Assembly (NCBI GenBank): GCA_035945415.1 | Contig: DASZAD010000100.1 | Span: 1 to 41,346 of the forward strand | Length of the DNA: 41,346 bases | Direction of reading: 5' to 3' | From: Streptosporangiaceae bacterium | GTDB lineage: Bacteria; Actinomycetota; Actinomycetes; Streptosporangiales; Streptosporangiaceae | Shown: piece by piece, positions 1 to 8,131 of the stretch | Layout of the letters: each line of letters starts with the position of its first letter | Position numbering within the stretch: position 1 is the stretch's first letter | Notes under the pieces: generated by a model | What the model saw: the letters and a program-made list of their open reading frames with translations, nothing else | What the model was told of the DNA's origin: nothing | Databases searched by the model: none | Made by a program: the position numbers and the translations under genes

Positions 1-534
1 ATCGCCGCAGCGGTCGTGGTGATCGCGGGCGGCGGCTATGGCCTGACCAGGGTATTGAACGGCCCGGCCGGCCCCAGCTCTGGATCCTCGGGTGGCATCC
101 CGCGGCCCGCCCACAATGCGCAGGGCGCGCCTGGCGCCATCCGCGGCACCGGGCCCGAGATGGGCAGGCCGGCCGGATCGGCCGGATCGGCGGGGACCCT
201 CCCTCTGATCCGCAGCGGCACCGACTACCAGCCGGGCCAGCTGGTGGCTCAGGTCGAGCACGAACTGCGCCGGCTGCCGGTCAAAGAAGCTCCCCTGTCT
301 GGCGAATCCGCCCCTCAGCCGCAGGACCAGGGGCTGACGGGTTGTGTGTTGGCGATCACCAGGGGCGTGCGGCCCCAGCTGGTGGATGCGGCGCGCTACC
401 GGGGACGACCCGCCACGATCATCGTCACGGCGGCCACGGCCGGGCAGCCCGGGCAGGTCTGGGTGGCCGGCAGCAACTGCTCGGCCGGCCGGCCTGACGT
501 GATCGCCCACACCAGGCTCTCTGGCACCGGCTAG
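1..534 (+). CDS. C-terminal part of a membrane-anchored protein; position is consistent with an anti-sigma factor (5' end lies outside the window)
   Basis: Frame 1 is open from nt 1 (IAAAVVVIAGGGYGL, a hydrophobic TM-like segment) to TAG at 532-534. A Pro/Gly/Ser-rich linker is followed by a globular tail. It lies directly upstream of trxB, where anti-sigma genes sit in Mycobacterium and Streptomyces origin regions. I recognise no catalytic motif. Confidence 0.45.
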   Translation: MAAAVVVIAGGGYGLTRVLNGPAGPSSGSSGGIPRPAHNAQGAPGAIRGTGPEMGRPAGSAGSAGTLPLIRSGTDYQPGQLVAQVEHELRRLPVKEAPLSGESAPQPQDQGLTGCVLAITRGVRPQLVDAARYRGRPATIIVTAATAGQPGQVWVAGSNCSAGRPDVIAHTRLSGTG

Positions 535-870
535 CGGAACTCGGCGAAATTAGTTACGAAACTACCCTCCCTACCTTGACCATCTGGTCAGGCGACCTCA
601 GCCTGCCGCACTTCGGTCACGGGCCAGTGACCGGGCATCTGGCGCAACGGGAACCGGAGCTATCTGAAGATCTTGATCCACGGATCCCGACGATTACTCG
701 GCCCTGCTAGGGCACTTTCGGTTCCTCAGACTTTGAGAGTTGTCCTCAGTTTTGTGCAGGAGTGGCGCATGTGAGTGATGGGACGCGGGGGCCGCGCTTG
801 CCTGTCACTCGGCGGTCCGAGGCGGAGCCTCGCTGGATGCCGCGGGTAGATGGCTGGAGTCCCTCGTATG

Positions 871-896
871 GGAATCTCCAAGCCCTAGGATCCGTT
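871..896 (+). promoter_or_regulatory. SigR/SigH-type ECF promoter for trxB-trxA (GGAAT-N18-GTT)
   Basis: GGAAT at 871-875, an exact 18-nt spacer, GTT at 894-896; it ends 35 nt upstream of the trxB GTG (932). This matches the published thiol-stress sigma consensus known to drive trxBA in Streptomyces and Mycobacterium. Confidence 0.6.
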
Positions 897-931
897 ATGT
901 CCGTGCCGGTCAAGTAAAGGGGCAGGAAGTC

Positions 932-1864
932 GTGGACGGCGTCCGCAATGTGATCATCATCGGGTCCGGGCCCGCGGGTTACACCGCGGCCCTGTACGCG
1001 GCTCGGGCAAACCTGCACCCGCTGGTCTTCGAGGGCTCGGTGACCGCCGGCGGCGCCCTGATGAACACCACCGACGTGGAGAACTTTCCCGGATTCCCGG
1101 ACGGGATAATCGGACCGGATCTCATGGACTCGCTGCGGAAGCAGGCCGAACGGTTCGGGGCTGAGTTGCTGGCGGACGACGTGATCGCGGTGGATTTGAA
1201 GGCCGGCCCCAAGGTGGTCAAGACCGACACCGCGACATATCTGGCGCGGGCCGTGATCATCGCCACCGGCTCGCGCTACCGCGAGCTCGGCGTGCCCGGC
1301 GAGAAGCGGCTGTCCGGCCACGGCGTGTCCTGGTGCGCCACCTGTGACGGATTCTTCTTCCGTGACAAGGACATCGCGGTCGTGGGCGGCGGCGACTCGG
1401 CTATGGAAGAGGCGACGTTCCTGACCCGGTTCGCCCGGTCGGTGACCGTGATCCACCGCCGCGACGCGCTGCGCGCGTCGAAGATCATGCAGGACCGGGC
1501 GTTCGCCAACCCGAAGATCTCGTTCCTCTGGAACGCCGAGGTGGTCGAAGTGATCGGCGAGGGCAAGATCAGCGCCCTGCGGCTGCGCGACACCAGGACC
1601 GGCGCCGAGGAGGTCAGGCCATTCGGCGGGCTGTTCGTCGCCATCGGCCACGACCCGCGTAGCGAGCTGTTCGCCGATCAGCTATCCACCGACCCCGACG
1701 GGTATCTGCTTGTCGAGCAGCCTTCGACCCGGACCCAGATCGACGGCGTGTTCGCCTCCGGCGACGTGGTGGATCGTACCTACCGTCAGGCCGTCACCGC
1801 GGCCGGCACCGGATGCGCCGCATCCCTCGATGCCGAACGCTGGCTGGCCAGCCGGGAAGGCTGA
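932..1864 (+). CDS. trxB: thioredoxin-disulfide reductase
   Basis: 310 aa. FAD motif [12 protein letters not shown], redox-active CATCDG, NADPH motif [12 protein letters not shown]. Followed by trxA. Confidence 0.95.
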   Translation: MDGVRNVIIIGSGPAGYTAALYAARANLHPLVFEGSVTAGGALMNTTDVENFPGFPDGIIGPDLMDSLRKQAERFGAELLADDVIAVDLKAGPKVVKTDTATYLARAVIIATGSRYRELGVPGEKRLSGHGVSWCATCDGFFFRDKDIAVVGGGDSAMEEATFLTRFARSVTVIHRRDALRASKIMQDRAFANPKISFLWNAEVVEVIGEGKISALRLRDTRTGAEEVRPFGGLFVAIGHDPRSELFADQLSTDPDGYLLVEQPSTRTQIDGVFASGDVVDRTYRQAVTAAGTGCAASLDAERWLASREG

Positions 1865-1905
1865 CCAGATTTCCTTACCGATATCCAACTCAAGGAGCCA
1901 TCATC

Positions 1906-2229
1906 GTGGGCGTCACCAGGACCGTGACCGACGAGACATTCGACACCGAAGTACTGAAGAACGAGAAGCCCGTGGTCGTTGACTACTGGGCCGAATGGTG
2001 CGGGCCCTGCCGGATGGTCGCCCCGGTGCTCGAAGAGATCGCCGTCGAGCACGCCGACAAGATCGACGTGGTCAAGCTGAACATCGACGAGAACCCGGAA
2101 GTCGCCCAGCGGTACGAGATCCTGCAGATTCCGACGCTGAACGTCTTCTCCGGCGGCCAGGTCGTCAAGCAGGTGATCGGGGCCAAGCCCAAGTCCGCCT
2201 TGCTGCGGGACCTGGCCGAGTTCCTGTAA
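1906..2229 (+). CDS. trxA: thioredoxin
   Basis: WCGPC active site. The ORF is open from 1813, but the GTG at 1906 is preceded by AAGGAG (1892-1897) and gives a typical 107-aa thioredoxin. Confidence 0.93.
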   Translation: MGVTRTVTDETFDTEVLKNEKPVVVDYWAEWCGPCRMVAPVLEEIAVEHADKIDVVKLNIDENPEVAQRYEILQIPTLNVFSGGQVVKQVIGAKPKSALLRDLAEFL

Positions 2230-2255
2230 CGCGCCAACGGGGAGAGCCGTAACCG

Positions 2256-2287
2256 ACGGCCCGGCCGGCTTCACCTGGCCGGGCCGT
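2256..2287. terminator. bidirectional hairpin between convergent trxA and the GNAT gene
   Basis: Perfect 11-bp stem ACGGCCCGGCC (2256-2266) / GGCCGGGCCGT (2277-2287) with a 10-nt loop. It lies 27 nt after the trxA stop. There is no clear U tract, as is common in actinobacteria. Confidence 0.5.
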
Positions 2288-2360
2288 TGCTGTGCCTGCT
2301 GCCGGACGCGACGCTGTTCTCAGGCGGTGTTCTCAGGCCCAGCTCATCAGGCCCAGCTCA

Positions 2361-2975
2361 TCAGGCAGGGCGCAGGGCGCGCTCGGGTGTCATGGAGTTG
2401 AGCAGCCGCTCCAGCGCGACTTCCACGTCCTCCCGCCAGGACAACGCCGTCCTGAGCTCGAGCCGCAGCCGGGGGAACCTGTGGTGCGGCCGGACGGTCT
2501 TGAAGCCCACCGCCAGCAGGTAGTCGGCGGGCAGCACGCAGGCGGGGCGTTCCCATTTCAGATCGCCGAAGGCCTCGATGGCCTTGACTCCCCGCCTGGT
2601 CAGATCCTTGGCCACGCTCTGTACCAGCATCCGCCCGAGCCCGCCGCCGGCGAACTCGGTGAGCACGTGCGCGGTCATCAGCAGGACCGCGTCGGCGCTG
2701 ACCGGGCTGGTGGGAAACGCCAGCGAGCGCGGTACGTAGAGCGGCGGGGCGTAGATCATGTAACCGGCCGCGATCCCGTCCACATAGGCGGTCTTACCGC
2801 ATGCTCCCCATTCGAGCAGGATGGAAGAGATCCACGACTCTTTCTCCAGCGTGGCGCCACCGGCCTCCTCCGCCCTGGACCTGGCCACCGGCTCCAGCTC
2901 CCAGAACACGCAGCGCCGGCACGAAAGCGGCAGGTCGTCGAGATTGTCCAGCGTGATGTTGGCAATGCGACGCAC
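2361..2975 (-). CDS. GNAT-family N-acetyltransferase-like protein with a Cys-rich N-terminus
   Basis: Acetyl-CoA-binding-like segment GGGLGRMLVQSVAKDLTRRG and an N-terminal CRRCVFWE. The ORF is open to 3020, but the GTG at 2975 has an AGGAG (complement of 2982-2986) 6 nt upstream. Confidence 0.75.
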   Translation of the reverse strand: MRRIANITLDNLDDLPLSCRRCVFWELEPVARSRAEEAGGATLEKESWISSILLEWGACGKTAYVDGIAAGYMIYAPPLYVPRSLAFPTSPVSADAVLLMTAHVLTEFAGGGLGRMLVQSVAKDLTRRGVKAIEAFGDLKWERPACVLPADYLLAVGFKTVRPHHRFPRLRLELRTALSWREDVEVALERLLNSMTPERALRPA

Positions 2976-2992
2976 CTGGCACTCCTGCGTAC

Positions 2993-3099
2993 TAGGTCGT
3001 GTCTCCTGGATCTTCAGCAACGCGGATCGGCGCCCAGGCGACGGCCGATCGCATTGTCGTCATCGCTAATAATTCCACTATCGGCTCCTCCTCCGCCTG
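2993..3099 (-). repeat. partial copy (E1) of the repeated element whose complete copy is at 31902-32149
   Basis: Read on the minus strand. Block A (3099-3059) matches 31982-32022 at 35/41. Block B (3043-2994) matches 32101-32150 at 44/50. It ends with a TIR-like GGTCGTGTCTCCTG (2995-3008, 12/14 to the E2 TIR) abutted by TA (2993-2994). I found no opposite TIR. Confidence 0.6.
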
Positions 3100-3221
3100 T
3101 GCGGGTCGCTCGTGGCAGGGCCGCCCGCGTACTGGCGTGGCAGACTGGTGAGCAAAGGTCAACCAGCGTGCAAGGTTGCCGTCAACCCGGCGCACGTCTC
3201 CCGTCCGGCCCGTACCCTGAC

Positions 3222-4520
3222 ATGGGTATCCAGCGAGTGGAGGGCCCCGTGGTGAGCAACGATTCGCGGCAGCGAGTGGACGGGTACGTCGGTCAGTACT
3301 CGGCGCGAGCCGCCGGGATGATCGCCTCCGAGATCCGCGCCCTGTTCGCGGTGGCCGCCAGGCCCGAAGTGGTGTCGCTGGCCGGAGGGATGCCCTACAT
3401 CACGGCGCTCCCACTCGACGCGGTGGGCGAACTGGCCGGGCAGCTCATCACCGACCTCGGATCCGTGGCCCTGCAGTACGGGTCCGGACAGGGTGATCCC
3501 GGGTTGCGGGAGAGCATCTGCGAGGTGATGACGCTCGAAGGGATCCGAGCCCACGCCGACGAGGTGGTCGTGACCATGGGGTCGCAGCAGGCGCTGGACC
3601 TGATGACCCGGATCTTCATCGACCCCGGCGACGTGATCCTGGCCGAGGGGCCCTCGTACGTAGGAGCGCTGGCCACGTTCACCTCCTATCAGGCCGACGT
3701 CGTGCACGTCCCGATGGACGACGAGGGGATCATCCCGGAGGCGCTGGCCGAGACCATCGGGCGGTTGCGGGCCGAAGGCAGGCGGATCAAGTTCCTCTAC
3801 CTGGTGCCCAGCTTCCACAACCCGGCAGGAGTGACGCTGCCGCCGGCCCGCCGGGTGCGAGTGCTCGACATCTGCCAGCAGGCCGGGCTGCTGCTGGTCG
3901 AGGACAACCCCTACGGCCTGCTCGGTTTCGACGGCGAGCCGCGGCGCGCGCTGCGCGCGGACAGCGCCGACGGCGTGGCCTACCTGGGATCGTTCTCCAA
4001 GACCATCGCTCCCGGGCTACGGGTCGGCTGGGCGCTGGCGCCGCACGGCATCAGGGACAAGCTGGTGCTGGCGGCTGAGTCGGCCGTGCTCTGCTCGTCC
4101 AGCCTGTCCCAGCTCATGGTCAGGGAGTACCTGGCCAGCCAGCCCTGGCGGGAGCAGATCAAGGTGTTCTGCGAGCTGTACACCGAGCGCAGGGACGCCA
4201 TGCTCGGCGCGCTGGAGGCGAGCATGCCCAGCGGTTGCCGCTGGACCAGGCCCGACGGCGGGTTCTACGTGTGGCTGCGGCTCCCCGAGGGGCTCGATTC
4301 CAAGCGCATGCTCCCGCGGGCGATCTCGGCCCGGGTCGCGTATGTCCCCGGCGTCGGCTTCTACGCCGACGGATCCGGCGCCGAGTATCTGCGCCTGTCC
4401 TACTGCTACCCCGGGCCCGCCACGATCAGGGAGGGGGTACGGCGGCTCGCCGGAGTCATCGAGGCCGAGACCGAACTGCACGAGGTGTTCGGGGGCTGGC
4501 CGGCCGATCACCCGGCATGA
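3222..4520 (+). CDS. PLP-dependent aminotransferase (class I/II fold)
   Basis: SFSKTIAPGLRVGW (PLP-lysine motif) and NPYG/NPAG motifs. The long ORF from 2292 is an artefact that overlaps the GNAT gene antisense. The first plausible start is ATG 3222; GTG 3237 or 3249 are alternatives. Confidence 0.85.
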   Translation: MGIQRVEGPVVSNDSRQRVDGYVGQYSARAAGMIASEIRALFAVAARPEVVSLAGGMPYITALPLDAVGELAGQLITDLGSVALQYGSGQGDPGLRESICEVMTLEGIRAHADEVVVTMGSQQALDLMTRIFIDPGDVILAEGPSYVGALATFTSYQADVVHVPMDDEGIIPEALAETIGRLRAEGRRIKFLYLVPSFHNPAGVTLPPARRVRVLDICQQAGLLLVEDNPYGLLGFDGEPRRALRADSADGVAYLGSFSKTIAPGLRVGWALAPHGIRDKLVLAAESAVLCSSSLSQLMVREYLASQPWREQIKVFCELYTERRDAMLGALEASMPSGCRWTRPDGGFYVWLRLPEGLDSKRMLPRAISARVAYVPGVGFYADGSGAEYLRLSYCYPGPATIREGVRRLAGVIEAETELHEVFGGWPADHPA

Positions 4521-5557
4521 CCGGCTCATCGGGGACCCGGCGTCCCGGCTCACCCGGGGCAGACAGGCCCGTCGACCCCGTCCGCCCGGCGGCCCGGCAC
4601 GAGTCCGGCTCTCTCGGGCATGTCCTGGTCCTGGCCGGCGGGCTGTCGCCGGAGCGGGAGGTCTCCCTGCGCTCTGGTGACCGGGTCAATGACGCGCTGA
4701 ACGAGGCGGGTGTGGACGCCCATCTCGTGGACGCCGACGCCGCATTGATCCCGCTGCTGCTGGCCGACCCGCCCGCGGCCGTCTTCCCGGCGATTCACGG
4801 CTATTCCGGCGAGGACGGTGCGATCAGGGAGGTACTGGCCCTGCTCGGCATCCCCTACGTCGGGTCCACCGCCGACGCCTGCCGGCTCGCGTTCGACAAG
4901 CCGGTGGCCAAGGCGCTGGCCGTCCGGGCCGGCCTGGACACCCCGGAATCCGTCGCGCTGCCCCGGGAGACGTTCCACGATCTGGGGGCCGGCGCGATGC
5001 TCGAACGGATCGTGGCCAGCTTGGGGCTGCCCCTGTTCGTCAAGCCCGCCCGGGGCGGCTCGGCCCTGGGCGCCGGTCCGGTCCTGAGCGCGGACGAGCT
5101 GCCCGCCGCCATGATCAGCTGCTTCGCCTACGGCGACACGGCCCTCGTGGAGCGGTTCGCCGAGGGCACGGAAGTGGCCGTAGGGGTGATCGACCTCGGG
5201 GACGGGCCGCAGGCGCTGCCCGCAGTGGAGATCGTGCCCGAAGGCGGCTGGTTCGACTACACCGCCCGCTACACCGCGGGACGGACCGAGTACTACGCGC
5301 CCGCCCGGCTGCCCGACCACTCCGCCCGCGCGGTCGCCGAGACGGCCGTCACAGCCCATGTGGCGCTGGGGCTCCGCGACCTGTCCCGGACCGACCTGAT
5401 CGTGTCCCCCTCCGGTGAGGTGTACTTCCTCGAAGTCAACGTGGCGCCAGGCATGACCGAGACGAGCATGCTGCCGATGGCCCTGGAAGCCTCCGGACGC
5501 GAGTTCGGCTTGCTCTGCCGCGACCTGTTGCTGATCGCGGCGGCCCGCGGAACCTGA
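4517..5557 (+). CDS. ddl: D-alanine--D-alanine ligase family (ATP-grasp) protein
   Basis: VLAGGLSPEREVSLRSG, FPAIHGYSGEDGAIREVLALLGIPYVGS and EVNVAPGMTETS. The ATG at 4517 overlaps the aminotransferase TGA (ATGA). It has a 40-45 aa Pro/Arg-rich N-terminal extension. Confidence 0.85.
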   Translation: MTGSSGTRRPGSPGADRPVDPVRPAARHESGSLGHVLVLAGGLSPEREVSLRSGDRVNDALNEAGVDAHLVDADAALIPLLLADPPAAVFPAIHGYSGEDGAIREVLALLGIPYVGSTADACRLAFDKPVAKALAVRAGLDTPESVALPRETFHDLGAGAMLERIVASLGLPLFVKPARGGSALGAGPVLSADELPAAMISCFAYGDTALVERFAEGTEVAVGVIDLGDGPQALPAVEIVPEGGWFDYTARYTAGRTEYYAPARLPDHSARAVAETAVTAHVALGLRDLSRTDLIVSPSGEVYFLEVNVAPGMTETSMLPMALEASGREFGLLCRDLLLIAAARGT

Positions 5558-5685
5558 TCCTTCCCGGCGCGGGCTGGCTACAGGAGGGACTCGCTCTAGG
5601 CACCGGGTGCCGGGGAGCCCGGCTGGTGACGCGGAGCCGCTCGGGGCGCCGGGGCGTGCGAGGGGCCGGCCTCTAGGCTGGACAG

Positions 5686-6711
5686 GTGATCCAGCACAAG
5701 AGCTTCGGCAGCGACAACCACGCGGGCACGCACCCGGCCGTGCTTCAGATGCTCAGCCAGGCCAACACCGGCGACGAGATGCCATACGGCGCCGACTCCT
5801 GGACCGAGCGGGCCGCCGCCGCGCTCAGGACCGAGTTCAGGGCCCGCGGCGCGTTCCTGGTATTCAACGGGACCGGCGCCAACGTGCTGGCGCTCAGCCT
5901 GCTGCTCAGTCCCGTGGAGGCGGTCATCTGCGCCGAGGGCGCCCACATCAACGTGGACGAGTGCGGGGCCTCCGAGCGGCTCCTCGGCACCAAGCTGCTG
6001 CCGGTGGGTACCCACGACGGGAAGCTCACGCCCGGCCTGATCGCGACCCGCCTGGGCGGCCGGGGTGACGAGCACCGGGTACAACCGCGGGTCGTGGCCA
6101 TCTCCCAGGTAACGGAGCTGGGCACCTGTTACACGCTGGACGAGCTCGCCCGGATCGGCGAGTTCTGCCGGGCCAATGAGCTGCGCCTGTACGTGGACGG
6201 CGCGCGGCTCGCCAACGCCGCGGCACACCTGGACTGCTCGCTGGCCGACCTGGCTGCGCACGCCGATGTGCTGAGCTTCGGAGCGACCAAGAACGGCGCC
6301 ATCGGAGCCGAGGCCGTCCTGCTGATGCGGGACGAGCTTGTCCCTCTCGTACCCTTTCACCGCAAGCAACTGCTCCAGCTCGGCTCGAAGCTGCGGTTCA
6401 TCGCCGCGCAGTTCCTCGCCCTGATGAACGGCCAACTGTGGCTGGAAAACGCCCGGCACGCCAACGCCATGGCCCAGCGGCTCGCCGGTCACCTCGACGA
6501 CCTGCCCGGTGTACGCATCCGCCACTCGGTCGACTCCAATGCCGTCTTCGCCTCCCTGGGGCCCGCTCACATCCCGCCGCTGCAACGCGACTGGCGTTTC
6601 CACGTATGGGACGAGCGGGAGCACATAGTGCGCCTGATGACGGCCTTCGACACCACGGAGGCCGACGTGGATGAGTTCGCCGACGCCATCCGGGCCGAAG
6701 TGAAGCAATAG
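5686..6711 (+). CDS. low-specificity threonine aldolase / beta-eliminating lyase family protein
   Basis: N-terminal FGSDNHAGTHP and the PLP-lysine context SFGATKNGA. 341 aa. Confidence 0.8.
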   Translation: MIQHKSFGSDNHAGTHPAVLQMLSQANTGDEMPYGADSWTERAAAALRTEFRARGAFLVFNGTGANVLALSLLLSPVEAVICAEGAHINVDECGASERLLGTKLLPVGTHDGKLTPGLIATRLGGRGDEHRVQPRVVAISQVTELGTCYTLDELARIGEFCRANELRLYVDGARLANAAAHLDCSLADLAAHADVLSFGATKNGAIGAEAVLLMRDELVPLVPFHRKQLLQLGSKLRFIAAQFLALMNGQLWLENARHANAMAQRLAGHLDDLPGVRIRHSVDSNAVFASLGPAHIPPLQRDWRFHVWDEREHIVRLMTAFDTTEADVDEFADAIRAEVKQ

Positions 6712-6735
6712 CGCCCTCGTGCGCGGCAAGACCGT

Positions 6736-6751
6736 CGTTTCACGTGAAACC
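6736..6751. promoter_or_regulatory. parS: parS centromere-like site
   Basis: cGTTTCACGTGAAACc: the perfect 14-bp palindrome GTTTCACGTGAAAC at 6737-6750. This is identical to the actinobacterial/Bacillus ParB-binding core. Confidence 0.9.
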
Positions 6752-6980
6752 TGTGGACGTGCCCCCGGATGTCATCGATGCAACCGGTCGCGATCACCCC
6801 ATTGACGAAGCTGCCGGCATCTGGGCCGAGGCCACAGCCGCCAGGGACGAGGATACGAACGTGCCAGGACGCCGGCCCGGCTGCCGGTGGTTCCGCACCT
6901 GCCTGCCGCTAGGTTCCCGCCCGCCAGCGGCGACCCGTGCGTCCTGGTCTCCCGCCACCCTGCTCGGGTTGAGCCCTTTC

Positions 6981-7018
6981 CCGTGGATCTTCAGTGCCGC
7001 GGACCGGCACCCAGACGC
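6981..7018 (-). repeat. fragment (E3) of the repeated element: conserved hairpin plus CUGAAGAUCCA
   Basis: Minus strand GCGTCTGGGTGCCGGTCCGCGGCACTGAAGATCCACGG is 31/38 identical to 32100-32137. It begins 29 nt after the parB stop. Confidence 0.5.
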
Positions 7019-7046
7019 CCTTCCCGCCAAGGTCTACAGGACACGC

Positions 7047-8048
7047 TCAGGCCGTGTCTCGCCCGGCCGGGGACATGACGTCGATGATCCGCTCCAGGTC
7101 GTCGAGGGAGGCGAACTCTACGACGATCTTGCCCTTGCGACGGCCCATCTCCACTTTGACGTGCGTTTCGAACGCATCCGAGAGCCGGGCGGCCAGATCA
7201 CGCAGCTGGGGCGGGGCCGGGGGCTTGCTGCGAGGGTCCCTGGAGGCCCTGACCGGAGCGACATCTCCAACCGCGATGATCTCCTCGACCGCCCGCACCG
7301 ACAGCCCTTCGGCCACGATCCGGTGGGCCAGGTGCTCCTGCGCCTGCGGGTTGTCCACGCCGAGCAACGCGCGCGCGTGGCCCGCGCTCAGCACGCCGGC
7401 CGCCACCCGCTTCTGGACGGCCGGCGGGAGATTGAGCAGCCGCAGCGTGTTGGAGATGTGCGGCCGTGACCGCCCCACCCGGCCGGCCAGCTCTTCGTGG
7501 GTAGCGCCGAAGTCGTCGAGGAGCTGCTGGTAGGCGGCGGCCTCCTCCAGCGCGTTGAGTTGCTCGCGGTGCAGGTTCTCGATGAGTGCGTTGCGGAGCA
7601 GTTCATCATCGGAAGCCTCGCGGACGATCGCGGGCACGCGGTCGAGCCCGGCGCGCTGGCTGGCCCGCCAGCGCCGCTCGCCCATGATGAGCTCGTAGTG
7701 CCCTGGCATCACCTTCCGGACGACGACCGGCTGCAGCAGGCCGACCTCACGGATGGAGGCCGCCAGCTCGTCGAGGGACTCCTCGTCGAATGACTGCCGG
7801 GGCTGGCGGGGATTCGGGGTGATCGCGGCGCTTGCGACCTCCTCGAAGTAGGCCCCGGGGACCGCACCCGGCGTGTGCTGGTCGCGCGCGACGTCGCCCG
7901 GCTGCGGGACGCGTTGTCCCGGGGATGACGGCACCTGCTGGTCCGTCAGTGCCGGGCCGGGAGCACTGGGATCTCTGGCTGGCGTTCCCGCCGCGGGAGG
8001 GATCAGCGCACCGAGTCCCTTGCCGAGTCCACGTCTTTGCTGAGGCAC
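7047..8048 (-). CDS. parB: chromosome partitioning protein ParB
   Basis: N-terminal [13 protein letters not shown], ParB box GERRWRA, and an HTH region. The ORF is open to 9143 (overlapping parA out of frame). The GTG at 8048 follows GGGAG by 5 nt and gives a canonical N-terminus; alternative starts are 8051 and 8087. Confidence 0.9.
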   Translation of the reverse strand: MPQQRRGLGKGLGALIPPAAGTPARDPSAPGPALTDQQVPSSPGQRVPQPGDVARDQHTPGAVPGAYFEEVASAAITPNPRQPRQSFDEESLDELAASIREVGLLQPVVVRKVMPGHYELIMGERRWRASQRAGLDRVPAIVREASDDELLRNALIENLHREQLNALEEAAAYQQLLDDFGATHEELAGRVGRSRPHISNTLRLLNLPPAVQKRVAAGVLSAGHARALLGVDNPQAQEHLAHRIVAEGLSVRAVEEIIAVGDVAPVRASRDPRSKPPAPPQLRDLAARLSDAFETHVKVEMGRRKGKIVVEFASLDDLERIIDVMSPAGRDTA

Positions 8049-8131
8049 CACGTCTCCCTGCGCACGCCTGAGTTTCCGCTCAGACACATACTGCCAGGCA
8101 TGCCCCTGATGCCGGTCGGGGGGACAGCCTT

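Noticed and set aside
664-690. Possible fourth copy of the repeated element (CTGAAGATCTTGATCCACGG in the trxB leader)
   Set aside because: It shares only the CTGAAGATC / CCACGG strings. The hairpin core GGGYGCCGRTCCGCG is absent. The 9-mer also occurs by chance in coding sequence, for example in gyrA near 22529.
3028-3043. ZTP (pfl) riboswitch: the CGYCUGGGCG segment in the repeated element resembles the conserved 3' CCGCCUGGGC of that class
   Set aside because: I could not find the 5' subdomain (the GACUGGCG / CCGGG.GGA type helices) in either copy. The downstream genes (GNAT, HAD-like) are not purine or folate genes. A third copy lies 3' of parB. The similarity is limited to about 9 nt.
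2292-3221. N-terminal 310 codons of the 742-aa ORF 2292-4520
   Set aside because: This part runs antisense through the GNAT gene and the E1 repeat, and its translation has no motif. Aminotransferase similarity begins only after ATG 3222.
5066-5080. 15-nt match (CTGGGCGCCGGTCCG) inside ddl to the repeat hairpin core
   Set aside because: It lies in frame within a conserved coding segment (ALGAGPV) and lacks the flanking CTGAAGAT and the stem complement. It is most likely codon-driven coincidence.
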